IMG/VR virus record: IMGVR_UViG_2778261172_000005
Location: 1-36,440 of that record
Origin: a virus
Taxonomy: Duplodnaviria; Heunggongvirae; Uroviricota; Caudoviricetes
DNA: 36,440 bases
Reading direction: 5' to 3' (one strand)
The position numbers and the translations under genes are program-made. This document shows positions 1 to 8,661 of the stretch, in pieces. The notes beneath the pieces were generated by a model. The model did not search any database, was not told the origin of the DNA, and saw only the letters and a list, made by a program, of their open reading frames with translations. The number at the start of each line of letters is the position of its first letter. Position 1 is the stretch's first letter.

Positions 1-1362
1 ATGTTTAAACCGGAACTCCTTTCCCCGGCGGGAACGCTGAAAAATATGCGTTACGCTTTCGCTTATGGCGCAGATGCTGTTTATGCGGGCCAGCCGCGTT
101 ATTCCCTGCGTGTGCGCAACAACGAATTCAACCACGAAAATCTTCAGCTCGGCATCAATGAAGCCCACGCGCTGGGGAAAAAGTTTTATGTCGTGGTCAA
201 CATTGCACCGCACAACGCCAAGCTGAAAACCTTTATCCGTGACCTGAAACCGGTGGTGGAAATGGGGCCGGATGCGCTGATTATGTCCGATCCAGGGCTG
301 ATTATGCTGGTGCGTGAGCACTTCCCTGAAATGCCGATCCACCTTTCGGTGCAGGCTAACGCCGTGAACTGGGCGACGGTGAAATTCTGGCAGCAAATGG
401 GCCTGACCCGCGTGATCCTCTCTCGCGAGCTGTCGCTGGAAGAGATTGAAGAGATCCGCAATCAGGTGCCGGATATGGAGATCGAGATCTTCGTTCACGG
501 CGCGCTGTGCATGGCCTACTCCGGTCGCTGCCTGCTCTCTGGCTATATCAACAAGCGCGACCCGAACCAGGGCACCTGCACCAACGCCTGCCGCTGGGAG
601 TACAACGTCCAGGAAGGGAAAGAAGATGACGTTGGCAACATCGTACACAAGTACGAACCGATTCCGGTGCAAAATGTTGAGCCGACGCTGGGTATCGGCG
701 CGCCAACCGACAAAGTGTTTATGATCGAAGAAGCCCAGCGTCCGGGCGAGTATATGACCGCGTTTGAAGATGAGCACGGCACTTACATCATGAACTCGAA
801 AGATCTGCGCGCTATCGCCCATGTTGAACGCCTGACCAAAATGGGCGTGCATTCGCTGAAAATCGAAGGCCGTACCAAATCTTTCTACTATTGCGCACGC
901 ACCGCACAGGTTTATCGCAAAGCTATTGATGACGCCGCTGCGGGCAAACCGTTTGACACCAGCCTGCTGGAAACCCTTGAAGGCCTGGCGCATCGTGGCT
1001 ATACCGAAGGTTTCCTGCGTCGTCATACTCACGACGATTATCAGAACTACGAATACGGTTATTCAGTTTCTGACCGCCAGCAGTTTGTTGGTGAGTTTAC
1101 CGGTGAGCGCAAGGGGGACCTCGCGGCGGTAGCGGTGAAAAATAAATTCTCCGTTGGCGACAGCCTTGAGCTGATGACGCCGCAAGGCAACATTAATTTT
1201 ACCCTTGAGCACATGGAAAACGCCAAAGGTGAAGCTATGCCGGTCGCACCAGGCGATGGTTATACTGTGTGGCTCCCGGTCCCGCAGGATCTTGAGCTCA
1301 ATTACGCGCTGCTGATGCGTAATTTCTCCGGGGAAACCACGCGTAATCCCCACGGTAAGTGA
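1..1362 (+). CDS. yegQ: U32-family peptidase YegQ (host gene flanking the prophage)
   Basis: 453-aa ORF whose translation I recognise as E. coli YegQ; the window begins at its start codon; GC-rich host-like composition. Confidence 0.85.
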   Translation: MFKPELLSPAGTLKNMRYAFAYGADAVYAGQPRYSLRVRNNEFNHENLQLGINEAHALGKKFYVVVNIAPHNAKLKTFIRDLKPVVEMGPDALIMSDPGLIMLVREHFPEMPIHLSVQANAVNWATVKFWQQMGLTRVILSRELSLEEIEEIRNQVPDMEIEIFVHGALCMAYSGRCLLSGYINKRDPNQGTCTNACRWEYNVQEGKEDDVGNIVHKYEPIPVQNVEPTLGIGAPTDKVFMIEEAQRPGEYMTAFEDEHGTYIMNSKDLRAIAHVERLTKMGVHSLKIEGRTKSFYYCARTAQVYRKAIDDAAAGKPFDTSLLETLEGLAHRGYTEGFLRRHTHDDYQNYEYGYSVSDRQQFVGEFTGERKGDLAAVAVKNKFSVGDSLELMTPQGNINFTLEHMENAKGEAMPVAPGDGYTVWLPVPQDLELNYALLMRNFSGETTRNPHGK

Positions 1363-1391
1363 TTAATTTCGATTATTTTTCCCGGATGGAA

Positions 1392-1446
1392 AATTCTTAG
1401 AAACCGATCACATACAGCTGCATTTATTAAGGTTATCATCCGTTTC
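1392..1446 (+). promoter_or_regulatory. putative CRP-dependent cyaR promoter (CRP half-site GATCACA about 42 bp upstream of the sRNA 5' end; -10-like TATCAT at about 1434..1439)
   Basis: TCACA half-site at about 1408..1412 with weaker upstream half; TATCAT 8-13 bp before 1447; CyaR is known to be CRP-activated. Confidence 0.4.
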
Positions 1447-1533
1447 GCTGAAAAACATAACCCATAAAATGCTAGCTGTACCAGGAACCACCTCCTTAGC
1501 CTGTGTAATCTCCCTTACACGGGCTTATTTTTT
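1447..1533 (+). ncRNA. cyaR: CyaR (RyeE) Hfq-dependent sRNA, 87 nt, ending in a hairpin plus U-tract
   Basis: Sequence GCTGAAAAACATAACCC...CACCTCCTTAGCCTGTGTAATCTCCCTTACACGGGCTTATTTTTT matches my recollection of E. coli CyaR; lies between yegQ and ogr as in K-12; the terminator hairpin overlaps the att core. Confidence 0.75.
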
Positions 1534-1534
1534 A
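1507..1534. repeat. prophage attachment site core, ogr-proximal copy (attR), AATCTCCCTTACACGGGCTTATTTTTTA
   Basis: Exact 28-bp direct repeat of 35938..35965; contains the reverse complement of the 27-bp P2 att core as I recall it; it forms the 3' end of cyaR. Confidence 0.85.
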
Positions 1535-1596
1535 CGCGTAATACAGTGAAATAAAAGGATTTATTTCTGGTCACGTCCACACATTGACCACATCGA

Positions 1597-1622
1597 CAAA
1601 AAAGCCCCTCGACTGAGGGGCT
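1597..1622 (-). terminator. rho-independent terminator downstream of ogr
   Basis: Inverted repeat AGCCCCTC/GAGGGGCT with 4-nt loop, followed on the minus strand by a T-tract (plus-strand CAAAAAA). Confidence 0.5.
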
Positions 1623-1634
1623 TCCTGTTTGTAA

Positions 1635-1853
1635 TTACATCCACATAATTTGCTGCCCTGACGGCAACGGGTGCGGTCTTACGGCGTGGACTTCTCCCGG
1701 CTTCACGATGTATCGCTGTACCGACTCATAAGTGATGAACGTGGCGCTGCAATTCACGTTCTGGCACTGGTGATAACGCTCTTTTGTCGTGTCAGTGATA
1801 TAGCGACTTGTACGCGCATGTGCGGCATGCTGGCATAAAGGACAATGAAACAT
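1635..1853 (-). CDS. ogr: Ogr late-gene transcriptional activator (zinc-finger protein, 72 aa)
   Basis: Translation MFHCPLCQHAAHARTSRYITDTTKERYHQCQNVNCSATF... recognised as P2 Ogr; internal ATG chosen over the 93-aa ORF-track start to give the canonical 72 aa. Confidence 0.9.
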   Translation of the reverse strand: MFHCPLCQHAAHARTSRYITDTTKERYHQCQNVNCSATFITYESVQRYIVKPGEVHAVRPHPLPSGQQIMWM

Positions 1854-1934
1854 CGCGAGCACCTCTTCCGGTTTTGTTGATGGTGCCATTTTAGTTAATT
1901 TATTCTTATAAAACAAACAGATAAAACAAAAACA

Positions 1935-3098
1935 TCACTCATCATCTTCTGTTTCGTACTCCACATCAGAAAGCCTGACCTCAAGCTCCAAGGACGTCGT
2001 GAAGCCGCTATTATTCAGAAAATGTGTCACCTTAGTGATTGTCCAGTCCTGCTCGTCTATGACGCGCTTAAAGCCTGACACTTTGACCGACGTTTCCGTG
2101 TAAATATCTGCCCGACCGGTAGCCAGACTGATGGAGAACTCCGCGACGCCCCGTTGCAGTTTGTCCCACTTCGCCTGAGCGGCGCGCATGGCCTGCGCTT
2201 TCGTGGCATATACCGTGGTCAGGGCAAAAACGTTGTCAGCCTCACCGGCCATGTATTCACCTTCGCGCGCTTCCGGTACTTTTGGCGCTTTCTTCTGCGT
2301 GACTGGTTTCGCTTTCGGGTGCTCCAGTGCGCGCAGGTGTTTTTCTTTCTTTTTGCGTTTCAGTTTTACCTTCTGCTTTTGCGGCTTCGGGTCTTTGGTG
2401 TGAAGCCACTTTGCCGTTACGCCGGTATAGGCTCCACGGTCAGCAATCGCAAAATGGTGGCGGTCGCCGTCGCTGCGGGTTATGGTGACCTGCGGGATTT
2501 TTTTACCGCTGGCCGTCACCCCCTGCCCCGCTTTGAGAAACAACAGTTTTCCCATTTTTACCGAGACCTCACCACCGTTGCGTTCTGCAAGACGGGTCAG
2601 GAATTTCGCATCAGACTCCTGCGACTGGTCGATGTGCGGGATTTTAATTCCTGCCAGTGACGGCGCGACACTGGCTTCCAGCCTGTTACGGGAGGCTATC
2701 GCCTCAACAATCGCACCGAGCGTGGTGTCATGCCAGGAGCCTTCACGGCGGGAATTGAGCGTCCCGCGAAAATCTGCACTCCGGGCGCGGATGGTAACCA
2801 CATCCGGTGCGCCCCGGTGTTCAACCTCATCAACGGTGAATTTCCCTTTGCATACCAGGGCAAAACCTTTCCAGCCGATATACACCGTCAGGACAGCGCC
2901 ACGAACCGGCAGCCCGACCTGCCCGTCGGCATCGTTCAGTTCAATATCAAGCTGGTCAGCCTCAAAGCCCCGGTTATCCGTCAGGGTCATGCTCATCAGA
3001 CGGTCGCTGATATTGCCGGTAATATCCCTGCTGTCGAGCATCAGCATGTAATCCGGTGTCAGCGTACTGCCTGCATCAAATGTCAGCGCATCCAGCAT
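1935..3098 (-). CDS. D: tail protein D (P2 gpD-like)
   Basis: 387-aa ORF, same length and position as P2 gpD (last tail-operon gene before ogr); sequence recognised. Confidence 0.9.
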   Translation of the reverse strand: MLDALTFDAGSTLTPDYMLMLDSRDITGNISDRLMSMTLTDNRGFEADQLDIELNDADGQVGLPVRGAVLTVYIGWKGFALVCKGKFTVDEVEHRGAPDVVTIRARSADFRGTLNSRREGSWHDTTLGAIVEAIASRNRLEASVAPSLAGIKIPHIDQSQESDAKFLTRLAERNGGEVSVKMGKLLFLKAGQGVTASGKKIPQVTITRSDGDRHHFAIADRGAYTGVTAKWLHTKDPKPQKQKVKLKRKKKEKHLRALEHPKAKPVTQKKAPKVPEAREGEYMAGEADNVFALTTVYATKAQAMRAAQAKWDKLQRGVAEFSISLATGRADIYTETSVKVSGFKRVIDEQDWTITKVTHFLNNSGFTTSLELEVRLSDVEYETEDDE

Positions 3099-3577
3099 TA
3101 TCCCGCCCCCGTCATACCCGTGAATTTAGTCGCCATACTGCCAGCCTTACCGATGAGCGATTCCGCCTGTTTACCTATATCGCCATAAAGCGCGGCCAGT
3201 GATTCATCAACGCGGGTAAGTGACAGCGTAAAATCAATTTTCCGGGGTGTGCCGTCTGCAAAGAAAATACTCCCTGTTTCACTCACCCTGCTGATGACAT
3301 ACATGCCGTAAATCATGCCGGTGCCATCCAGCAACGGCCACGCCCGGCCTTCCTCTGCCATCAGCCTGAGCGTGGTCATCGTCAGCTTGCCGCCGGTCAG
3401 TTCTGGATAAAGCACACCGGCAAGCGTGATGTTTTCCTCACCCACACCGAGAAACTGAAAGGCATCCCGTTTACCGATACGGGAATTTGACGGCCAGCGA
3501 TAATCTGATTCACGCTGCATGGTCTGGTGTGGCAGCGTCTGGCGCATAAAAACAAACATACCTAACGCGAGCATCAT
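3098..3577 (-). CDS. U: tail protein U (P2 gpU-like)
   Basis: 159-aa ORF immediately upstream of D; start overlaps D; synteny and sequence recognition. Confidence 0.85.
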   Translation of the reverse strand: MMLALGMFVFMRQTLPHQTMQRESDYRWPSNSRIGKRDAFQFLGVGEENITLAGVLYPELTGGKLTMTTLRLMAEEGRAWPLLDGTGMIYGMYVISRVSETGSIFFADGTPRKIDFTLSLTRVDESLAALYGDIGKQAESLIGKAGSMATKFTGMTGAG

Positions 3578-3591
3578 TTTTCGTCACCTCC

Positions 3592-6039
3592 TTAACCGTC
3601 ATGCATCATGCTGGCACGGGCGCGCGCACGTTTATCCCGCTCGTATTTTTCGAGTGCATCCTGTAACTGGCAGTCAAGCTGTGTCCCCGGCGCAGTACCA
3701 CCCGTAAGGCTGATGTGATATTCGTTTTTACTCTGGTCTACATAAGAGCGGCCAGCCGGTGCCGTGACCGGCTGATAAGCCTGATAGCCTGCATAAGAGC
3801 TGGTCGCCGGAATATACCCACCGGTGCCATACGTGGCGGCATGAGTCCTTGCGGCGGTCTGGTCAAGTGTGTCTGACTCTTTGTTGATAACACCGAGTTT
3901 TTCCAGTACCCAGTCAATACCGCTGCGCAGTTTGTTGAACGCATTAAGCGGCAGCATCAGCGCGTCAGCCAGTGCCTGCCCGAACATGACGCCCGTGTCA
4001 CGGCAACGGTTCAGGGTGTCCCGGGTGGCTTTGACCGGGGCAATCAGGTTTTTAAACCACTGCCACGCGGCCTGTAACTTTTCGCCCAGCCAGTCAAACA
4101 CCGGCTTAAGTGGCGTGAACAGTTCCCCCACCGGCGCAAATGCCGCTTTCAGCCCTTCCACCACACCGCCAAAGAATGCGCTGACAGGCTCCCAATATTT
4201 ACGGATAAGCAACGCCCCGGCGACAATGGCGGCCACCACGGCCACAACCGGCCAGCTAATCGCCCCGATGGCCGTCATAACAGCACTGCCAACCGTCGTG
4301 AAGATTGCCCCCATTGCGCCTGCTGCCGCGATGATGGCATTGATGCCAGTGATAACCGGCCAGGCTACGAGGCCAATGGCACCGATGACAGCAGTCAGCG
4401 CCAGTGCACCACCGACAATGAGGCCGATGGTTGACGCCAGTGATTTGTTTTTCTGTATCCAGCCGTCGAGTTTTAACACATACTTTGTGGCCGTCTGCGT
4501 GAGCTTACGCAGTGCGCCTTCCTGCTGGTCAAACAGGTCAGTCCCCACCGCCTCATAAGCGGATTGAAACTCCTTAAAGTCACCGCCGAGGTTGTCCTGC
4601 ATGATATTTACCAGCTCGGCGGTCTTCCCGTCTGAGGCTTTAAACGCAGCGGTCAGTTTGTCCAGCTTTCCAGTTGAGGCGGCAGTCATCAGCACGGCGG
4701 CGGCTGAGCTGGCCTCCTCCCCGAAAATGGTTTTCATGTATTCAGCCTGCTGGGCAGTACCGAGCCGGTTTTTCTCAAAACTGGCCTGCATTTCTTTCAG
4801 AATGGTAAATACTGGCCGGGTATTCCCCTTGCTGTCTGAGGTTTTCACGCCAAGCTCTTTCAGTGCATCCCATGCTTTTCCCGTCGGTGCCTGCAGGCGA
4901 CTTAACACGGCACGGCTTCCCGTCCCCGCCATTGAACCGGTAATTTTTGCATCATGCAGCGCCCCGACCATTGCGGCGGTTTCTTCAATGCTGACACCGG
5001 CATTTTTTGCCACAGGTGCGGCATAGGTCAGCGCATCGCTCATGCCGTCAAAATCGGCGGCGGTTTTGTTCATCGTCATGGAGAGAACATCCCCGATATG
5101 AGCGACCTTATCGTTTGAAAGCTGAAAGGCGGATTTCATCCCCATCAGCAGGGCGGCGTTTTCTTCCATCGTGCGGCGGTTCGCCAGTGCCATATTCAGC
5201 GTGACCGGCGTTGCCGCCTGAATGGCATCAACATCCCCACCGGCTTTCGCAATGATAATCTGTGCACCGGCCGCATCATCCGCCGAGGCGGCAGTATTGT
5301 CACCGAGCTGGCGCGCCTGCTTGCGGAGTGCGACCATTTCGGCGGAGTCTTTTGCCACACCTAGCACGGCCTGCAATTCTGAGTTTTTCTGCGCAAACTC
5401 ATAACCGGGCATCAGTAGCTTAACACCGGCCATCGTTCCCGCCGCCGCAATCCCCACACCGGCAGCGCCCACTGAGGCCATATTTCCGGCCAGTTCCTTT
5501 CCGGCCTGATAACGCTGTTTTACTGCGTTAAGTTTTGCCTGTTGCGCACTGACACGCGCCAGCGCATCACGCTGACGGTTAAGCTGTGCGGTGGTTTCAC
5601 TGATACGGTTTTTCAGTCCCTGCTCATCATGTGCAAGATTGCGGGTATTAATTCCCACAGCGGCCAGTTCCCGCTGCTGGCGTTTAACGGAATCTGTCAG
5701 GCGGTTATATTTCGCCTGTAAGTCCTCCGCCGCACGCTTTGCGGATTCCAGCACTTTCGCCTGAGCACGGGTCGGACGTTCGGTGTTTTTAAACTGTGTG
5801 GCAAGGGCTTCGGCTTCCTGCCGTGCCTTTTCAAGTGCATGACCAGTCACGGCGAGCTGTGCACTGGTCTTGCGGAATCCCTCAATACGGGATGCGTGAC
5901 CGTTCAGCTCGCGCAGTGATTTTTGTGTTTCCCGGATATCCCCCGACAGCGATTTGCTCGCTGTGCGGATGGATTTAAACGGGCGGGATGCCTGGTCAAC
6001 AGCCCTGAGCAATACCTGTAATTTTACATTGTTACTCAT
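3592..6039 (-). CDS. T: tail tape measure protein (P2 gpT-like)
   Basis: 815-aa ORF, Ala/Gly-rich with coiled-coil N-terminal part and hydrophobic central segment; position between E/E' and U. Confidence 0.9.
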   Translation of the reverse strand: MSNNVKLQVLLRAVDQASRPFKSIRTASKSLSGDIRETQKSLRELNGHASRIEGFRKTSAQLAVTGHALEKARQEAEALATQFKNTERPTRAQAKVLESAKRAAEDLQAKYNRLTDSVKRQQRELAAVGINTRNLAHDEQGLKNRISETTAQLNRQRDALARVSAQQAKLNAVKQRYQAGKELAGNMASVGAAGVGIAAAGTMAGVKLLMPGYEFAQKNSELQAVLGVAKDSAEMVALRKQARQLGDNTAASADDAAGAQIIIAKAGGDVDAIQAATPVTLNMALANRRTMEENAALLMGMKSAFQLSNDKVAHIGDVLSMTMNKTAADFDGMSDALTYAAPVAKNAGVSIEETAAMVGALHDAKITGSMAGTGSRAVLSRLQAPTGKAWDALKELGVKTSDSKGNTRPVFTILKEMQASFEKNRLGTAQQAEYMKTIFGEEASSAAAVLMTAASTGKLDKLTAAFKASDGKTAELVNIMQDNLGGDFKEFQSAYEAVGTDLFDQQEGALRKLTQTATKYVLKLDGWIQKNKSLASTIGLIVGGALALTAVIGAIGLVAWPVITGINAIIAAAGAMGAIFTTVGSAVMTAIGAISWPVVAVVAAIVAGALLIRKYWEPVSAFFGGVVEGLKAAFAPVGELFTPLKPVFDWLGEKLQAAWQWFKNLIAPVKATRDTLNRCRDTGVMFGQALADALMLPLNAFNKLRSGIDWVLEKLGVINKESDTLDQTAARTHAATYGTGGYIPATSSYAGYQAYQPVTAPAGRSYVDQSKNEYHISLTGGTAPGTQLDCQLQDALEKYERDKRARARASMMHDG

Positions 6040-6459
6040 TCGTGTTTCCGCTTCGCCGGAGCGCCTTTTCGCGCCATGTGATGAGTTCGGTCAGGCTCAT
6101 GGGATACAGTTCTGATGGCGGCCAGTGAAATATCACTGCCACATCCGCCATCAGGTCATCGACCGACAGATTTTTCGGGAACGTTACTGCACCGAGTTCG
6201 GCGACAAAAAACCAACCACCTTACCTGCCAGCGCCACAAGGTCAGGCAGTTCCAGCGCGGCGACTTCCTGCTCGGTCAGCATCGGTGCCGTCATGCGCGG
6301 CAGTACCTTAATCAGTGCATCGACTTCGGAGTTTGCAACCGCAGCCAGACTGACACCGCGCAGCGTCCCGGCACTGGGTTTCATCAGCGTGACCTGTTCG
6401 ATGACCTGCTCACCACGCTTGACCGGATTGTCCAGGGTAATGACATTTTCTTTGTTCAT
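6032..6459 (-). CDS. E+E': tail assembly chaperone E+E' made by programmed -1 ribosomal frameshift at T TTT TTG (about 6205..6211)
   Basis: gpE frame ends ...GKVVGFLSPNSVQ; slippery heptamer TTTTTTG lies 6 codons before its stop; the -1 frame continues open for 57 codons (VAELGAVTFPKNLSVDDLMADVAVIFHWPPSELYPMSLTELITWREKALRRSGNTNE) and stops at a TAA overlapping the gpT start; total about 142 aa as for P2 E+E'. Confidence 0.8.
6184..6459 (-). CDS. E: tail assembly chaperone E (P2 gpE-like, 91 aa)
   Basis: 91-aa ORF between FII and T; sequence recognised. Confidence 0.85.
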   Translation of the reverse strand: MNKENVITLDNPVKRGEQVIEQVTLMKPSAGTLRGVSLAAVANSEVDALIKVLPRMTAPMLTEQEVAALELPDLVALAGKVVGFLSPNSVQ

Positions 6460-6515
6460 GGTTTTCTCACTTCTGAATCGGGGTTAACCGGTCAGCCAAG
6501 CTGACCGGATGAAAA

Positions 6516-7034
6516 TCACAGGCCGATATTGCGGCGGTGTTGCTCCAGCCGGTCGACGCCGTTCACCTTCTCAATCATGTTGATGGTGTCGATTTCGACC
6601 AGCTCCTTACCGTCCATCGTCAGCCGGAAATAGGTGCAGACCACGGAGATTTTCGACTCGGTGTCTTCTCCCTGTTTGCCCTCGCCGGTGTCGATTTCTT
6701 TCTGACATCCACGCATGACCACCTCGACGGCCACCGTTTCGCCGGTATCGTCGCGCTGGTAAGAGCCTGCAAAACGAATCGGTACGGCATCCACACCGGT
6801 TGCGGCGTAAAGCTCCCAGATAACCGAATCCGGGAAGCCACCGAGCGACCACTCCATTGACAGCGCATCGTCATCAAGGCCGAGGTCTACCGGTGCGCTG
6901 CCGTTCATCCCCGCACCGCGATAGTTTTCGAGCTTACGGGTCAGTTTTGGCAGCGTGACGGACTTTGCAACGCCCTGATAGCTGTAGCCGTTCAGAAAGA
7001 CGTTCATTAACTTGAGTTTGCGCGGCATTGCCAT
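6516..7034 (-). CDS. FII: tail tube protein (P2 gpFII-like)
   Basis: 172-aa ORF downstream of FI; sequence and synteny. Confidence 0.9.
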   Translation of the reverse strand: MAMPRKLKLMNVFLNGYSYQGVAKSVTLPKLTRKLENYRGAGMNGSAPVDLGLDDDALSMEWSLGGFPDSVIWELYAATGVDAVPIRFAGSYQRDDTGETVAVEVVMRGCQKEIDTGEGKQGEDTESKISVVCTYFRLTMDGKELVEIDTINMIEKVNGVDRLEQHRRNIGL

Positions 7035-7046
7035 CGGTCAGGCTCC

Positions 7047-8237
7047 TTAATTGCTGTTAACCGAGGTGACCAGATTTGCCAGGTATTTATCGGTAATACG
7101 CTGGCGCAGGGTCAGGTTTTCAAGAGGAGGCACCGGTGTATAGTCGTAGTCGATATACAGTTTTCCGGCCTTGAGGGTTTCCGCATCGTTGGATTCTTCG
7201 CTGAACCAGCAGGTCGCATCCACGATATAGCCGTTTGTTTTCAGCTCACGGAATTTGGCATTGATGCCGTCAACGATGTCGCGAATCAGCGTTGCGGTGA
7301 TGGGCTTGTCCACCGCCCACATGTGCGCCTCAGCCATCGTGTCGGCCAGCACCTGCGCGGTGCGGGTGTAGTTTTCAAAGAGGAACAGCGGGTCATCAGA
7401 GCAGGTACGGTTACCCCAGAATCGGAAACCGTCGCGGCGAATAATCGTAGTGACGCCTGACTCGTTCAACAGGTCAGCATCGGTGCCGGACTCCTGCAAA
7501 TCCCAGAATACAGAAGCACTGATGCCGGTAACACCGTTTACCCCGACATTGGACAGCGTTTTATGCCAGCCCTGCTCCTGGTCGATTTTAGCGCGCAGAC
7601 CCAGCGCACGGGCGGTGGCATACGCGGTGGCGGTGGAGCTGCTGACCGTATCCCATGCGAGGAAATCCGGCCAGATGACCATCAGCTCACGCTGGCTGAA
7701 ATTCTGGCGGTAGGCTTTCACCTCGGAAATGGTTTTACAGCCCCATGCGCTGATATACCCGAAAGCGCGCAGCTTCTGACAGACTGATGCCAGTGCAACA
7801 GCCACCTCTTTGGTGTCCAGTCCCGGCACGCCGAGAATACGCGGTTTAACACCGGTTACTGACTCCGCCGCCAGCAGGGCTTTCAGTCCGGTGTACTGAC
7901 CGTTTTCGTCGGTGGTGCCGATGATATTGGAAACGGTCTGCGCGAGTTTCGTTTCTTCGTCTTCGCCGGTGCCGTCTTCCACACGCACGACAACGGTGAC
8001 CGGTTTTGACTGGTCGGCGATGGCCTGTAACGATGCCGCCAGCGTGCCTTTTTTACCGGCCTTTGCAATTGCGCTCTGGGCATTGGTAATCAGCACAGGT
8101 TTATTGAGGGGGAAGGTTTCCGCATCCGCATCGCTGGCCGTGCAGACCATGCCGACAATGGCAGTGGATACGGTGGAAATGACGCGGGTGCCGTCGTTAA
8201 TCTCCAGCACCTGCACGCCATGATGATAGTCACTCAT
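7047..8237 (-). CDS. FI: contractile tail sheath protein (P2 gpFI-like)
   Basis: 396-aa ORF; sequence and synteny. Confidence 0.9.
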   Translation of the reverse strand: MSDYHHGVQVLEINDGTRVISTVSTAIVGMVCTASDADAETFPLNKPVLITNAQSAIAKAGKKGTLAASLQAIADQSKPVTVVVRVEDGTGEDEETKLAQTVSNIIGTTDENGQYTGLKALLAAESVTGVKPRILGVPGLDTKEVAVALASVCQKLRAFGYISAWGCKTISEVKAYRQNFSQRELMVIWPDFLAWDTVSSSTATAYATARALGLRAKIDQEQGWHKTLSNVGVNGVTGISASVFWDLQESGTDADLLNESGVTTIIRRDGFRFWGNRTCSDDPLFLFENYTRTAQVLADTMAEAHMWAVDKPITATLIRDIVDGINAKFRELKTNGYIVDATCWFSEESNDAETLKAGKLYIDYDYTPVPPLENLTLRQRITDKYLANLVTSVNSN

Positions 8238-8333
8238 CCGTTTAACTCCGTGGTTAATGGGTGCAACTATTTTCTGTTGTGCAGAGCATGAGACGCTATT
8301 TGACCTGGCTGGTCAGTGGATGAAACAACAGAT

Positions 8334-8360
8334 AAAGAAAAGGCGGGCAATTCGCCCGCC
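8334..8360 (-). terminator. rho-independent terminator between the Z/fun-position cargo and FI
   Basis: Perfect 7-bp inverted repeat GGCGGGC/GCCCGCC with 5-nt loop, followed on the minus strand by TTTTCTTT. Confidence 0.5.
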
Positions 8361-8581
8361 TGTCCTGATTTGTACTCACTCATTTTCCGACTGACAATTT
8401 ACATAACCCAAACGCTATCAATTCTGACAGTCTGCTTTGAGCGAAAAGTGGAAGTTCGCAATTATCCTCACCACTGATAAGTAGCCTTTACTTACAATGT
8501 AATGTGTTAGCTAATGTAATAGGAGCTGAGCAGTGAATTATGAATGGATGCTTTAGTTCATATTTGGGAACAAATTACTGT

Positions 8582-8606
8582 AAAAAAAACCGGCTTACAC
8601 CGGTTT
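8582..8606 (-). terminator. rho-independent terminator immediately downstream of the 305-aa cargo gene
   Basis: Inverted repeat AAACCGG/CCGGTTT with 6-nt loop, followed on the minus strand by an 8-T tract (plus-strand AAAAAAAA). Confidence 0.6.
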
Positions 8607-8661
8607 AAACTCGCTCGCGAGAATCACCCCCCAAATTATATGCAAAATTAAAAATACCAAT

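Noticed and set aside
1507-1534. tRNA gene as integration target
   Set aside because: No cloverleaf or tRNA-like sequence found at either junction; the target is the terminator of the sRNA cyaR.
1635-1916. N-terminally extended ORF-track starts for ogr (93 aa) and likewise for V, X, L, O, P, B and C
   Set aside because: The internal start codons reproduce the canonical P2 protein lengths and have better Shine-Dalgarno spacing; several of the extended starts are TTG and would run into upstream genes or operator regions.
2154-3188. Plus-strand ORFs of 150-190 aa (2154..2660, 2482..3051, 2730..3188) inside gene D
   Set aside because: Antisense shadow ORFs of a GC-rich, well-supported minus-strand gene; no start context; low-complexity Ser/Arg/Pro-rich translations.
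3869-5026. Plus-strand ORFs (3869..4558, 4592..5026) inside the tape measure gene
   Set aside because: Antisense to gpT; Ala/Ser/Thr/Pro-rich translations typical of shadow frames.
6115-6504. Plus-strand ORFs of 120-129 aa overlapping gene E
   Set aside because: Antisense to the E/E' region, whose coding is confirmed by the frameshift architecture.
8278-8295. TGT-N12-ACG half-dyad upstream of FI as a possible Ogr binding site
   Set aside because: Only one half matches the TGT-N12-ACA consensus and its centre is about 50 bp from the FI start codon, too close for an activator site expected near -55 from the transcription start; left unassigned.
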